Shown one piece after another: positions 1 through 10,303 of a DNA stretch of 24,700 nucleotides; within the stretch, counting starts at the first letter, position 1; each line of letters opens with the position of its first letter. The translations under genes were made by a program, and so were the position numbers. This stretch comes from a virus (taxonomy: Duplodnaviria; Caudoviricetes): positions 1 to 24,700 of the IMG/VR virus record IMGVR_UViG_3300034061_006082; one strand, 5' to 3'. The notes below the pieces were generated by a model that did not search any database, was not told the DNA's origin, and saw nothing but the letters and a program-made list of their open reading frames with translations.

Positions 1-23
1 AAGTGAATTTAACTAATTAAATT

Positions 24-1109
24 CTATACTTGTGTTACCGTTACTATCACTGACGGAATTGCGGGTCTAGTTGGGTTAATTTGAGTCCCATCATAAGCAA
101 ACCCTAATCTAACATCACTAACTCTAAATTTTAACTCCATATAGTCACCAGCATTTAATGGTTCTACAAAGTTCCATGCCGCAACACTTCTACCATTATT
201 AGAATTACCTACAACTTGTGTATTTGAATTTGCAACATTATTTCCATTTATTGCTAACCATATATCCATAGTTTGAACACTTCCTCCACCCGTTGACTCT
301 ATTTGACAAGAAAATTGTAGATTGTATGTTCCCGCACTTGCAACAACAAATCGTGTATCCGCAGAAACAATAACACCATTTCCTGATGTTTGTGTTGCGG
401 CACTCATTGAATATGCGGTTGTAGTACTTGTTACATATTGACTAACAGTAGAAACAAAGGCCCCCCATGCGGAACCACCACTCGTTCCTGAACTTCCATC
501 AGTACCAGATATTCCACTTGACCCACTTGTACCATCGTTCCCATTAATACCACTAGACCCTGAAGATCCTGATGTTCCGTCATTACCATTAATACCGCTT
601 GATCCGCTAGTTCCATCATTGCCTGAAATACCGCTAGATCCTGATGTACCATCGTTTCCATTGATTCCTGAAGATCCGCTAGTTCCATCATTACCTGAAA
701 TACCGCTAGATCCTGATGTTCCGTTTAATCCGTTAATTCCGCTAGATCCTGAAGTTCCATCATTACCATTTATACCTGAAGAACCACTAGTCCCATCATT
801 ACCTGAAATACCGCTAGATCCTGAAGTTCCATCATTACCTGAACTTCCACTAATTCCAGATGAGCCTGAAGTTCCGTCATTTCCACTAATACCTGAAGAT
901 CCGCTAGTACCGTCATTACCTGAAATACCACTAGATCCTGATGTTCCACTAGTACCTGTTGTACCTGATATTACTTGCGCAACTTGTTGAATTGTAGCTT
1001 TAAATGAAGATCCCGCAGGATTTTGTGATGTATCACCTGTGATTACAATGTGAATTAAATCGTTCAAAGAAACACCTGTTGCTAATATTTGGTCCGTTAG
1101 TAATGCCAT
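24..1109 (-). CDS. Collagen-like (Gly-X-Y) fibre protein with a C-terminal C1q/BclA-like head; putative tail/virion fibre
   Basis: 361-aa ORF. Short N-terminal segment (LLTDQILATGVSLNDLIHIV...KATIQQV) resembles fibre attachment leaders. Residues 49-213 are 55 uninterrupted Gly-X-Y triplets. The C-terminal ~145 aa (FVVASAGTYNLQFSCQI...IWLAINGNNVANS...AWNFVEPLNAGDYMEL) resemble C1q/TNF/BclA-C beta-sandwich heads. Confidence 0.75.
   Translation of the reverse strand: MALLTDQILATGVSLNDLIHIVITGDTSQNPAGSSFKATIQQVAQVISGTTGTSGTSGSSGISGNDGTSGSSGISGNDGTSGSSGISGSSGNDGTSGSSGISGNDGTSGSSGINGNDGTSGSSGINGLNGTSGSSGISGNDGTSGSSGINGNDGTSGSSGISGNDGTSGSSGINGNDGTSGSSGSSGINGNDGTSGSSGISGTDGSSGTSGGSAWGAFVSTVSQYVTSTTTAYSMSAATQTSGNGVIVSADTRFVVASAGTYNLQFSCQIESTGGGSVQTMDIWLAINGNNVANSNTQVVGNSNNGRSVAAWNFVEPLNAGDYMELKFRVSDVRLGFAYDGTQINPTRPAIPSVIVTVTQV
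471..965 (-). repeat. Coding tandem repeat, ~36-bp unit encoding GTSGSSGI(S/N)GND
   Basis: Imperfect direct repeats such as gatccgctagttccatcattacctgaaataccgcta on the + strand. Synonymous positions vary, and two units carry a one-triplet GSS insertion. Confidence 0.95.
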
Positions 1110-1117
1110 ATCGTATA

Positions 1118-1124
1118 ATAAATA
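1118..1124 (-). promoter_or_regulatory. TATTTAT motif, candidate late promoter
   Basis: Minus strand reads AAAATATTTATTATACGAT-ATG, with the motif 8 nt upstream of the start at 1109. The same motif precedes three other structural genes. Confidence 0.5.
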
Positions 1125-1130
1125 TTTTGG

Positions 1131-1424
1131 TTACTGGAAATTGAACTGTACACCATCCATAAAGAAGAAATATTCCAAATTTTGGAATTGTTTTGGTGCA
1201 CCCTCAAGGGTACAATAGATCGTCTCAGTTATCGTACAACCTAAAGAATCAGTAAGTGTTAATTGTAACACAGGTGCAGAATTAAATTGTGATGGTAAAT
1301 AAAATGTCACAGGGAAAGTAGTTCCACTACCAACATATGAACAGTTGTTACCAAAAAAATCACATGCAGTTCCACTAAACGGAGGTGTTATAGTTGTTGC
1401 TGTATATATAGTAACATAATTCAT
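1131..1424 (-). CDS. Small virion-associated protein, possibly a single degenerate SprB-like beta module
   Basis: 97-aa ORF in the operon. TPPFS...LQLTLTDSLGCTITETI resembles the GTxPY...YSLTVTDxxxC ends of the repeats in the upstream 986-aa protein. Confidence 0.55.
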   Translation of the reverse strand: MNYVTIYTATTITPPFSGTACDFFGNNCSYVGSGTTFPVTFYLPSQFNSAPVLQLTLTDSLGCTITETIYCTLEGAPKQFQNLEYFFFMDGVQFNFQ

Positions 1425-1440
1425 ATTCTAAAAATCACAT

Positions 1441-4401
1441 TTATAGTGGTGGTGCCGAAACAGTAAGTACTGGTGAATTAATTTTCATTTTGAATGTCAC
1501 CCCAGGTCCTCCTCCGTAACTAAAATTATGAGTATAATAATCACCTCCTGCTCCTGTACAAGGATCACCAAAGACTGATAAAGATCCTCTACTTTGGTAA
1601 ATTAAAGTAGAATCATCGGTTCTTAATTGTATGTACACAAAAGGTGAACCTAAAGATAACGGAATAAAACCAACAAAAATTGATGAATTACACTGAGGAG
1701 CCAAAGTTACTGAACCTAATTGTGTCCATGTTAATCCTAAAGGATAAGGTTGAGTTCCATCGAAAGAAACTGTCGATGCATACCACACTGTACCTGATGT
1801 TGGTGGTAAACTACTATCTACCGCGATTTGTAAAGTAATAAATTCAGTAGGTACCAAAGTCGGCGTTACACTTGGTGTTACAGTATTAGTTGGGGTATTT
1901 GTAGGAGTTTCAGTAACTGTAGGTGTTGGTGTATTGGTTGGAGTTTCAGTAGGTGTTGGTGTTTCTGTATTAGTTGGTGTTAAAGTTGGGCTTACTATTG
2001 GTGTTTGTGAATTTGTTGGTGTAAAAGTATTTGTTGGAGTAAATGTAGGGGTTGTTGTTGGTGTTTGAGTATTAGTAGTTGTTACAGTAGGTGTTTGAGT
2101 ATTTGTTGGTGTTACAGTAGGTGTTTTGGTAACACTTGGTGTAACATTTGGTGTAAGACTAATTGTTGGTGTAACTGTTGGTGTGACAGATGGTGTAGGT
2201 GGTGGACAATAAACACAAGATATATCATAGTCAATTACAAGATTAACAATAACTTGACTATCTTGTAATGGGTTGATTGGTTCAACAATACAATTTTTTG
2301 GAATGTCTTCACATGTTGTATAAATTTGTATTCTGTTATTTGTAATGTCTACAGTAGTTCCGCTTATACCATAAAAAGAATCTAATGTATCCGTAATTGT
2401 TTGAGCCCAAAGTGTATCACTTGGGTAATCTGTCGCCCCTGATGATGTATAAAACTCAGTTTGTGCTGATTGTGATCCTACTTGAGCGTAAATATAAAAT
2501 ATCGCATCATTAATAATACAATTTGTATTTCCACTTGCTAAATCACTGAAACCTTCAAGATACATTGACCTAACATTTCTTTTAGTTATTAGACCACTAT
2601 TTTGAAATTCGTCGTCGCAAATATTAAAGTATCTGTAGTTAGTATATTTTTTTGTACCTGTAAGTGTTGTAAACTTTGTATATGAACAATTGTCAGCGTC
2701 TGTTACTGTTAATGAATATGTCCCTGCCGTTAAACCTGTAACCGTACTTCCTGTTTGAGACCCTGCAGTTCCTCCTGACCAAGCGTATGTAAATGGTGGT
2801 TCACCATTTGTAATATAAGCTGTTATTGTTCCATCATTTCCAACAATAGGTTGTGATGTTAATAAATTAAAATATACATTTGAACTTATGTCAATATTAA
2901 TTGGGTAAGATTGTACACAAGCCGGTAAACTAGAATCTTGTACGGTCAATATATAATTACCCCCTTGTAGATTAGTGAAAGTACTTAAGAAGGTTGTAAC
3001 CGATGTTGGGTTAGGTCCAACAGGACCATTTAGTGTATAAACATATGGTAATGTTCCACCTGTTGATGTTGTTACATGTAATGTTCCATTTTTTAAACCA
3101 CAAGTCGTACCTGTTGTAGAAGCGGTTACAGTAAACAAATCAACAGAATCTATCGTTGTGATTGCAGTGTAAGTACATCCTACGGAAGTTACTGTTACTA
3201 AATAATCACCATTGGGTAATCCCACGAATGTTTGTGTTGGTGACCCTATTGTTCCAACTTGTTGCGTACCTGAAGTTCCCGAAATTCCGATCAAAAGGTT
3301 TGGATTGTTAATGACCCCTCCGTCAACTATTACTTGTATTGTACCATCATTTGATGAACAATATGATGGTGTTGTATTTACCTGTACTGTGGTGAATGAG
3401 TTTGGTGTACCTATAGAAATCGAATCAAATATTGTACAAAGTCCCGCATCTGTTGCTGAGAAGTTATAACTTCCTGAAGATAGACCCGAAAAGACCGCAG
3501 ATTGACTAAAGGTAATTTCTACTTGACCTGTAGATGCGCTAAAATAATAAGGAGCAGTTCCGCCAGTTATTATGAACTCCACTTCACCATCACTTCCAAA
3601 ACACGATGGTTGAGTTATTACTATGAAACCAGCAGAACCAATAGGGTCTACCGATGTTATTGTAAAAGATTCGTCCGCCTGACAACCATTTGGATCTGTA
3701 ATTTCAACATTGTAAGAACCTGAAGTTAAACCTGTTATAGTAGTACCCGTTTGACCATTAACATTTGTCAACCAATTTATTGTATATGCAGAAACAGGTA
3801 AGGTAAGACCCGTTAAAAATATTTTACCACTTGGTCCACCAATACAACTTCCATCGTCAACAACATAAGCACCAAAGGTGAAAGCGTTTGATGGATTAAT
3901 TACCACTGATGCTGTGATACCAGTACAACCACCACCATCGTTTGCAACTATATAGTAAGTTCCCGCCGATAGTCCTTGGAATTCGTAATAATTATTTGGG
4001 GTATCTGCAGACACAATAAAATTGTCATTTCCGTCAAATAACTCAAACTCAGCCTGACCATATACTCCACTTGTAAATCCTGTAACAGAACCATTACTAA
4101 GACCACAATCGGTATCTGTTGAATCTATCGTGGCCGTAGTTCCTGATGATATATAAACACTTTGGATGTAACTATTAGAGGCCCCATCTTTAATTTCTAA
4201 AAAATATGTGTCCGCTGACAGTCCATAATATGAAAAGATATATGGTGGTCCTGAAACAATTGTTGGTGGAATAACACAAGATGTGTTTAGACAACTTACA
4301 ACAAAACCTGGTGTTCCTGTTGTTATTTCAAAATACACAGATCCTGACATTGTATTACTACAATCACCAGTCACATTATAATTAGACAAAACGATACTCA
4401 T
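1441..4401 (-). CDS. SprB-repeat adhesin-like virion protein with Pro/Thr-rich stalk (putative tail fibre/receptor-binding protein)
   Basis: 986 aa. About seven ~80-aa repeats of type C-x-x-x-(D/N)G-x-I...GGTxPY...(F/V)xGLxxGxYxxTVTDxxxC (e.g. [23 protein letters not shown]; [12 protein letters not shown]...[19 protein letters not shown]). These are followed by a globular domain, a ~120-aa PT tract and a C-terminal domain. No evident signal peptide. Confidence 0.7.
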   Translation of the reverse strand: MSIVLSNYNVTGDCSNTMSGSVYFEITTGTPGFVVSCLNTSCVIPPTIVSGPPYIFSYYGLSADTYFLEIKDGASNSYIQSVYISSGTTATIDSTDTDCGLSNGSVTGFTSGVYGQAEFELFDGNDNFIVSADTPNNYYEFQGLSAGTYYIVANDGGGCTGITASVVINPSNAFTFGAYVVDDGSCIGGPSGKIFLTGLTLPVSAYTINWLTNVNGQTGTTITGLTSGSYNVEITDPNGCQADESFTITSVDPIGSAGFIVITQPSCFGSDGEVEFIITGGTAPYYFSASTGQVEITFSQSAVFSGLSSGSYNFSATDAGLCTIFDSISIGTPNSFTTVQVNTTPSYCSSNDGTIQVIVDGGVINNPNLLIGISGTSGTQQVGTIGSPTQTFVGLPNGDYLVTVTSVGCTYTAITTIDSVDLFTVTASTTGTTCGLKNGTLHVTTSTGGTLPYVYTLNGPVGPNPTSVTTFLSTFTNLQGGNYILTVQDSSLPACVQSYPINIDISSNVYFNLLTSQPIVGNDGTITAYITNGEPPFTYAWSGGTAGSQTGSTVTGLTAGTYSLTVTDADNCSYTKFTTLTGTKKYTNYRYFNICDDEFQNSGLITKRNVRSMYLEGFSDLASGNTNCIINDAIFYIYAQVGSQSAQTEFYTSSGATDYPSDTLWAQTITDTLDSFYGISGTTVDITNNRIQIYTTCEDIPKNCIVEPINPLQDSQVIVNLVIDYDISCVYCPPPTPSVTPTVTPTISLTPNVTPSVTKTPTVTPTNTQTPTVTTTNTQTPTTTPTFTPTNTFTPTNSQTPIVSPTLTPTNTETPTPTETPTNTPTPTVTETPTNTPTNTVTPSVTPTLVPTEFITLQIAVDSSLPPTSGTVWYASTVSFDGTQPYPLGLTWTQLGSVTLAPQCNSSIFVGFIPLSLGSPFVYIQLRTDDSTLIYQSRGSLSVFGDPCTGAGGDYYTHNFSYGGGPGVTFKMKINSPVLTVSAPPL
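1846..2205 (-). repeat. Pro/Thr-rich low-complexity linker (TPTNT/TPTVT repeats)
   Basis: Translation [14 protein letters not shown]...[21 protein letters not shown]...; strongly G/T-skewed + strand (gttggtgt repeats). Confidence 0.9.
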
Positions 4402-7388
4402 TATTGATTACAGTATATTTCGAAGTTTATTCCAACATTGATTTGAAGATCATCAAAATTTGGTAGACAGTTATTATTAAATATAATTATTTCGTCTGTA
4501 CTATCGTCTATATTATAACCATAACCAGATGTTTGTAAACTTTGGAATGTGTCAGTTAATGCCGTTAACCACTGTTGTGGTGTAGGGTATTGACCTGTAC
4601 CAATTCCTTGATAAAACAAGTCATCGGCGATTACATTTCCGTTTACTCGAATATCAACATACCAACTACTAACAGTACTATTCAACTGACAACTATTAAT
4701 GTTTACTCCTTGAGATATAAAGAAATCATTCATGGTTGTATTTAAAAGAGTTCCAAAATTTGTAATGTTAGGATCTGTATTCCAAGGATAAATCGCACAA
4801 GTAACTTGTTGTACAGGACAATCAAGTACATAAAGTTGAGTTGTTAAACTACAAGGCTTACAAGGAATCGGAATAAACTTACAACCTTCTTGTCTTCTCC
4901 ATACAAACTTTTGTCTGTGGAAAATAGAGTTTTCTAACTTTACACCTGTGTTCCATATCGTTGTTGCGGGTACCATTTGTTCAACCATTCTAATCCAATA
5001 GTCTCCCATACCATTAACAAAATCTATCATTGTTTGATATGTGAAATTATTGTTTGGTATTCCGGCATTAGTCAAAGATTCTAAGTAGCTCCAATATATT
5101 GATTGTAGAGTTGGGTAACCACCAGTTTTACCATCGGTTATAAATTGACGGTTTCTTGTGTTAATCATGTTTCTCCAAAATGTCTGAGCAAATTCAAAGA
5201 AAGTTTTTGTTTTTGGTTTCGGTATTATAGTTGTCCAATCAACTCCACCCAATTTAGGGTATGGATTTGGTATGTTACAAGGTGACGGTGGTGTATAGAA
5301 TAAACCTTGTTCAGGTATTGGGTAGTTAGTGTCTCGAGACATTGACCAAACATCATAGGCTAAACCTTGTGCCGGATTCATCATAATGTCAACATTTTTA
5401 ACATTCAATACTAAACATTCCTCCCCAACCGTATAATAAGCGTTAAAGTTTCCTTCAAAACTACTTCTTAAGAATGGTGTTGTGTCTACCCAACTTTTTT
5501 TGTTTTCCGCAACTTTTCTCAATTTGAATCCTAAATCCATGTATGGGAAGTATCTGTATCTGTACAAATATTCCTCACCATAATTGAATGGTAATAATTG
5601 AGTTTGGTAGTTAGGATTGTTTCCTGTGAAAACTTGATTTGTTGGTACCGCAAACTCAGGCATTCTATGTTGTGGTGTAGATTCGAACCATCCACCACCT
5701 ATTTGGAAGAAATAACTTTCCGTCGGTATTGGCATTTTTGGACATCCAAAATCATCAACAGGAAAATCGTTTCTTGTTGCTAATACTGTCAAGTTTGTTG
5801 ATGAGGTTGTAAACCCTGTGTACTGTATACCTTGTATTGAGAACACATTATTTGTCTGAAGTATTGGTATTTGTTGTAATACAACTCCTGTACTAATTTC
5901 AGCAAACTGTTGGTCAAATTCAGACATGTTAATTCTTTGGTCTGCAACATAAACATACTCATTAAAATCAATCAATGCTTCAGGCGCCCCTGCCATTCTT
6001 AACAAACACTCAATAGATTTTCTCGTACCTTTTGATTTGAAAAGGTAAGCGGAATTTAAAATTAAGTTTCTATAAAACTGATAGTTAATTTCTTCAGGTG
6101 TTGGTCCTAATTGTAAACCTGGAAAAGTATTTGGTTGTGTTGTGAAAACCGCCTGTAAAAGTTCTTCTTGAGATATCGGAGAAAAGTTTGTAACCCACCC
6201 TAATGTTTGAGCTAAATTTTTTAGAAGTTGTGATGGTATGTCATTTTTTGGTGTATAGTGAATACTGTTAATATTACCTAACGCACCTATAAAAGCTTTG
6301 GTTTCATCAAAACTTCTTCCGTATAGTTGGATTAGTTTTTCAAATCTTTGGTCGGGTGTATCAAATTCTTTTAATGCTCCAGTAGTTAAGAATCTTGATA
6401 TAATGTTAGTACTATAACCATCTAAGTTAACCGCAAAATCATTTATCTGTGTTAAGTAATTATCAAACGATACTGAACTAATATCTAAGTTCCAAAGACC
6501 AGCTCTTGGCCAAGTCACTAATTCTGTTGTTAAAATATATGAACCATCCTCTTGTTCTCTTGGGACTGTAAACTGTGCAGTATAAGCAGGAGTAATTTGT
6601 CTATTTAAGAGAAATTGTTCAACAGGATCAAAGTCTAAATTAAAAACTTTGTTACTTTCAAAATCATTTGGTCTAATAACCAAATAATCAGATGATGATG
6701 CGGCCCCACTAAAAGGATTACCATCAACTATTAGTTTCAATGTTGTTGAGGAACTATTAGTTGGGAATAAATAATTGACAGGATATTGAGATCCATTCAG
6801 ATACAGAACATACTTTTTGTAAAACAACTTCATGTTTCTTAAAGGAGAAACTTGCATTTCATTAAACAACATGTTTGTCTCGGCACTATCAGAATAATCT
6901 AATTCGAATGGGTTTTGTATTGATTCAAGATATATCTCAAAAGTTGTGTCATTTTCTACCGAATCGTATTGTATATTGATTGCGGTTTCTTGTGTTATAA
7001 ATTTTGGCGTTTTAGAGTTAACTTCTAATCCGCCAGGAAAATAGTTGATAATTTTTGTTATAGAGACAGACAATCTTTTAACCAAAGATCCATACTGTGT
7101 AAAGTTTGTAACTTGAGATAAATCATAATTAGGATAAACTCTATAATTGTTTGCAAGTATATCAGCAGCTTCAGCATTTGTTTCAATATTGATACTTTCA
7201 AGATTGATCGGTTCGGAAAAACTACCTATTGTAAAGGTTCTATTTTGTTTCTCACTAATACCTGTTGTGAACTCAAAATTCGCTTGCGTTAAACCTCCCC
7301 CCGTAACAAGCTGAACTCCAACTAAATTATTGGAGAAGCTGTTAGCAGCACTACTTTGAGGTGGGCAAGTAAATTTATTTGTCGCCAT
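4401..7388 (-). CDS. Baseplate wedge protein, T4 gp7 / P2 gpI-like core with long extensions
   Basis: 995 aa. Contains [16 protein letters not shown]...[29 protein letters not shown] (the LxxLAxxLG...KGT pattern of gpI/gp7-type wedge proteins) and a later VEQMVPAT motif. Lies downstream of gp25 and gp6 homologues. Its stop overlaps the next start (TAATG). Confidence 0.6.
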   Translation of the reverse strand: MATNKFTCPPQSSAANSFSNNLVGVQLVTGGGLTQANFEFTTGISEKQNRTFTIGSFSEPINLESINIETNAEAADILANNYRVYPNYDLSQVTNFTQYGSLVKRLSVSITKIINYFPGGLEVNSKTPKFITQETAINIQYDSVENDTTFEIYLESIQNPFELDYSDSAETNMLFNEMQVSPLRNMKLFYKKYVLYLNGSQYPVNYLFPTNSSSTTLKLIVDGNPFSGAASSSDYLVIRPNDFESNKVFNLDFDPVEQFLLNRQITPAYTAQFTVPREQEDGSYILTTELVTWPRAGLWNLDISSVSFDNYLTQINDFAVNLDGYSTNIISRFLTTGALKEFDTPDQRFEKLIQLYGRSFDETKAFIGALGNINSIHYTPKNDIPSQLLKNLAQTLGWVTNFSPISQEELLQAVFTTQPNTFPGLQLGPTPEEINYQFYRNLILNSAYLFKSKGTRKSIECLLRMAGAPEALIDFNEYVYVADQRINMSEFDQQFAEISTGVVLQQIPILQTNNVFSIQGIQYTGFTTSSTNLTVLATRNDFPVDDFGCPKMPIPTESYFFQIGGGWFESTPQHRMPEFAVPTNQVFTGNNPNYQTQLLPFNYGEEYLYRYRYFPYMDLGFKLRKVAENKKSWVDTTPFLRSSFEGNFNAYYTVGEECLVLNVKNVDIMMNPAQGLAYDVWSMSRDTNYPIPEQGLFYTPPSPCNIPNPYPKLGGVDWTTIIPKPKTKTFFEFAQTFWRNMINTRNRQFITDGKTGGYPTLQSIYWSYLESLTNAGIPNNNFTYQTMIDFVNGMGDYWIRMVEQMVPATTIWNTGVKLENSIFHRQKFVWRRQEGCKFIPIPCKPCSLTTQLYVLDCPVQQVTCAIYPWNTDPNITNFGTLLNTTMNDFFISQGVNINSCQLNSTVSSWYVDIRVNGNVIADDLFYQGIGTGQYPTPQQWLTALTDTFQSLQTSGYGYNIDDSTDEIIIFNNNCLPNFDDLQINVGINFEIYCNQ

Positions 7389-8293
7389 TAAACCGTTATG
7401 TTATTAAATGCTTTTGAGAAGTCGATATTTTCACCACGATCTTGTCTAACTTCATAAAGAAGAGTATTGAACTGATCTTTAATTTCGTACAAGTTGTATT
7501 GTTTGTAGATGTTGTTATTAGCATCGTAGATAGTGTAGATACCGTCTTCCATAGATTTAGTTTGGTTCCCATAAAGTGCAATTGCAAGAGTTGAGATATC
7601 TTGATCAACAATTTCAATTTCGGTTGTTATCGGATTGAAGTATGTATTTGTTATAATAATACTTTGATTTGGTTGTCCAATGTAAGGTGTTGCACTTGGT
7701 TTGTTCGTAGGTGATGATGAAGGTGACACTGTACAGAAAAGTAAGTTTGTTGCACCTTGTACATACCTATATCTAATTGATTTTTGAATTGTGTTTGTAA
7801 GGTTTTGAACTACTGGTTCACAATAGAAAGAAGATGTGATAATTCTAAAAAAGTTTGGTATTTTTGTCCCATCGGGATTTAAATACTCAACTCTAAAACC
7901 AACTAACCCTTGATTAACAAATTTGTTTTGGTACTCAACAGGAACATTATTCAAGTCAATAACAATACCCTTAACATTTGGTAGTGAAGATAAAACACCA
8001 CAATCTGTTATTAATGTTCTTATCTCAGCAGGTCTAATCATCAAAGTATAGATCCCTAATTTAGTAAATTGATCAGCAGGAAGTTTCAAATTATAAAGAC
8101 CCCCCAAAATTTCAACCGAACTACCTCCCGTTTCTTGGTTATTGAAGTAAGGTCTTAAAACATCTTGAGCATCAAGTGTTGTTAATGTAAAATTTTGAGT
8201 GTCGTCTCTTGACTCAGTATAGACCATTACTATCTGTACATCTTCGGGACTAACATCTGCCGGTCTTATCGTTCCGTAATTTCCTGTTGCCAT
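7388..8293 (-). CDS. Hypothetical protein, probable baseplate/virion component
   Basis: 301-aa ORF with a TAATG overlap to the next gene, within the structural operon. No motif recognised. Confidence 0.6.
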   Translation of the reverse strand: MATGNYGTIRPADVSPEDVQIVMVYTESRDDTQNFTLTTLDAQDVLRPYFNNQETGGSSVEILGGLYNLKLPADQFTKLGIYTLMIRPAEIRTLITDCGVLSSLPNVKGIVIDLNNVPVEYQNKFVNQGLVGFRVEYLNPDGTKIPNFFRIITSSFYCEPVVQNLTNTIQKSIRYRYVQGATNLLFCTVSPSSSPTNKPSATPYIGQPNQSIIITNTYFNPITTEIEIVDQDISTLAIALYGNQTKSMEDGIYTIYDANNNIYKQYNLYEIKDQFNTLLYEVRQDRGENIDFSKAFNNITV

Positions 8294-8313
8294 ATTATCT
8301 TATAATCTTTTTA

Positions 8314-8320
8314 ATAAATA
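8314..8320 (-). promoter_or_regulatory. TATTTAT motif, candidate late promoter
   Basis: Minus strand reads TAAATATTTATTAAAAAG..., with the motif 20 nt upstream of the ATG at 8293. It is part of the palindrome ATAAATATTTAT (8314-8325). Confidence 0.5.
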
Positions 8321-8321
8321 T

Positions 8322-9497
8322 TTATGTAGACACTTTTTCAATAATAAAATATTTGTATCCGTATTTTCCTAAATCCCCCACATTATCAACCTCACCTAAT
8401 CTCATAACATTCTCTAAAGGAGAATTTTTACCTCTTTCTATAAAAACATTTGTAACGACCTCAAGTTGGTCAATAACATTAATGAGTGCTTCATTTTTTG
8501 TTATAGCCGTCAATTCTATTTCACCAGGTACCAAACCATATGAATCAACAAAGTATATTGTAAAATCTTCATAATCATGATAAATCACACCATTAATAGT
8601 ATAAGCCGTATATGTGTTAGTAACATCAGGACCATAATAAGTTCCAATAACACCTGTCTGTCCTGTGACTTGAATACCTAACTTATAGTTACCGTCATAT
8701 AAGTTAGTCTTAGGTCCAAATTGCGTTAAATCATTAACGGTCGAATCTGTCAAACCTGTAACAGGAAAAGGAACTGAAGTATAATTGTAAGAGTAATAAT
8801 CCGCAACATTTGTGTTTGAATCTCCCGTAAATATATAATCGTAACTTATTGGTGTTGACGACCAACTACCTCCCGCAGGTGTGAATGTTAAATTACCTAA
8901 AGGATTGTTTATTGTGACCGCACTATAAGGTGTGGTAATAGTTTTTTGTACTGTTGATATTCCCCAAGGTGAATTAGCGGTTAGTGTTATTGTATAAGTC
9001 GTATCTGCAGTTGGGTAAGTATGTGATATAGGTGTAATTCCTAATACCGCCTGTGTTGGCGTACCGTCACCCCAATTTAATGTGTATGTAACTAATTGCA
9101 AAAACTTAATAAACTCTAAATCAGATGTGTTATAAAACTTAAAGGTGTAAGGATTAATTGTGTCTGCGGTAACTATAAAATTATTTAATACATCCAACTG
9201 TACTATTAACCCATCAAAAGGTGTGTAGTAACCTAAATCAACTGTAGATTCAGTAATCATAATGTTAACAGATAATCCTGTTAAAAAAGATGTACCACCT
9301 GTGTTTCCACTCAACAAATAAGACATAGGTAAATAAACACCTGTTGTTCCTGTGGTTGTTGCACTTATCGTAGTTGCCGTTAAACAACACGGATCAATAA
9401 TCGTAGTGACATCCGTTTCACCTGTATATGGAACAAATACTAAATCACTTTTAATGTTTTCGGGTGATATAACAAATTTATATTCTTGTAATTCCAT
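8322..9497 (-). CDS. Virion protein with a PKD/Ig-like domain
   Basis: 391 aa. YTLNWGDGT...ISHTYPTADTTYTITLTANSPWG matches the PKD signature WxxGDG...HTY...YTVTLTxxN. Confidence 0.6.
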   Translation of the reverse strand: MELQEYKFVISPENIKSDLVFVPYTGETDVTTIIDPCCLTATTISATTTGTTGVYLPMSYLLSGNTGGTSFLTGLSVNIMITESTVDLGYYTPFDGLIVQLDVLNNFIVTADTINPYTFKFYNTSDLEFIKFLQLVTYTLNWGDGTPTQAVLGITPISHTYPTADTTYTITLTANSPWGISTVQKTITTPYSAVTINNPLGNLTFTPAGGSWSSTPISYDYIFTGDSNTNVADYYSYNYTSVPFPVTGLTDSTVNDLTQFGPKTNLYDGNYKLGIQVTGQTGVIGTYYGPDVTNTYTAYTINGVIYHDYEDFTIYFVDSYGLVPGEIELTAITKNEALINVIDQLEVVTNVFIERGKNSPLENVMRLGEVDNVGDLGKYGYKYFIIEKVST

Positions 9498-10303
9498 TAT
9501 GGGTTAACATATTCATACCAGATTATCGGTGTTGACAAATCACCAACTCTAAGATTGGTTGATGTTGAAAACACTTCGTAAGTTTTTTTATTATAATCTA
9601 AGTCTACTCTATAGTAGTTGTATTGTGAATGATCATAGTTGAATTTGTCAGGTGTGAGTTGATCTTGTTTTGTGTTTGTCATTTGTTTGAAAACTCCTGT
9701 GATTGCATCGAAAAACTTAGCAGTCATATAAAAAGTATTTATGTCGATAATATTTCTTTTTCTTAACCAATATATGTAATATCCTTCTTTATCATTACCT
9801 ATCGAATCCAAAACCATGTTTGGTATTTTTATTTCAACAGGTGGTAATGTTGGTGATAGAAATGCGGGTTGTGTCAACCCTTGTTGTACCGGTAATATAA
9901 TTGAAATGAATAACTGTTGTGTTGCGTCATCATCGGTATCATATAAGTCCAACTTAAAAAATGAGTTAGTAAATGATTTTGAGAAGTAATAAACATCTGT
10001 AACCGAAAATCCGTTATTTAGATAATTAACCGACCAGTTACCAATGGTGTTAGCCGTGATTGGTTGTGAATAATCATAGAAGTTAAACACATAATTTATC
10101 TCACTATCAATGTTTGGAAAAATGTTATGTGCAAATCTTATTATTTCAAAATCTTGTGGTGATCCAATAACTTCTCTAACCGCCTCAGCTTCATACACTT
10201 GAATACTGTCGTCTCTACCCATAAAATCCCATTGCATGTTAATCGGTATGTTAACAAACTTATCAATGTCATCTTTAACTATTTTAATTCGTGTAAAATC
10301 CAT
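9497..10303 (-). CDS. Hypothetical protein, probable baseplate/virion component
   Basis: 268-aa aromatic-rich ORF. Its ATG directly follows the TAG of the upstream gene, and its stop overlaps the downstream start (TAATG). Confidence 0.6.
   Translation of the reverse strand: MDFTRIKIVKDDIDKFVNIPINMQWDFMGRDDSIQVYEAEAVREVIGSPQDFEIIRFAHNIFPNIDSEINYVFNFYDYSQPITANTIGNWSVNYLNNGFSVTDVYYFSKSFTNSFFKLDLYDTDDDATQQLFISIILPVQQGLTQPAFLSPTLPPVEIKIPNMVLDSIGNDKEGYYIYWLRKRNIIDINTFYMTAKFFDAITGVFKQMTNTKQDQLTPDKFNYDHSQYNYYRVDLDYNKKTYEVFSTSTNLRVGDLSTPIIWYEYVNP

Noticed and set aside
471-965. ~36-bp periodic repeats as a CRISPR array
   Set aside because: The units are contiguous with no unique spacers, vary at synonymous positions and keep the reading frame of a Gly-X-Y protein.
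431-990. Short ORFs 431-691 (-) and 619-990 (+)
   Set aside because: Shadow frames of the Gly-X-Y repeat. Their low-complexity translations simply mirror the repeat.
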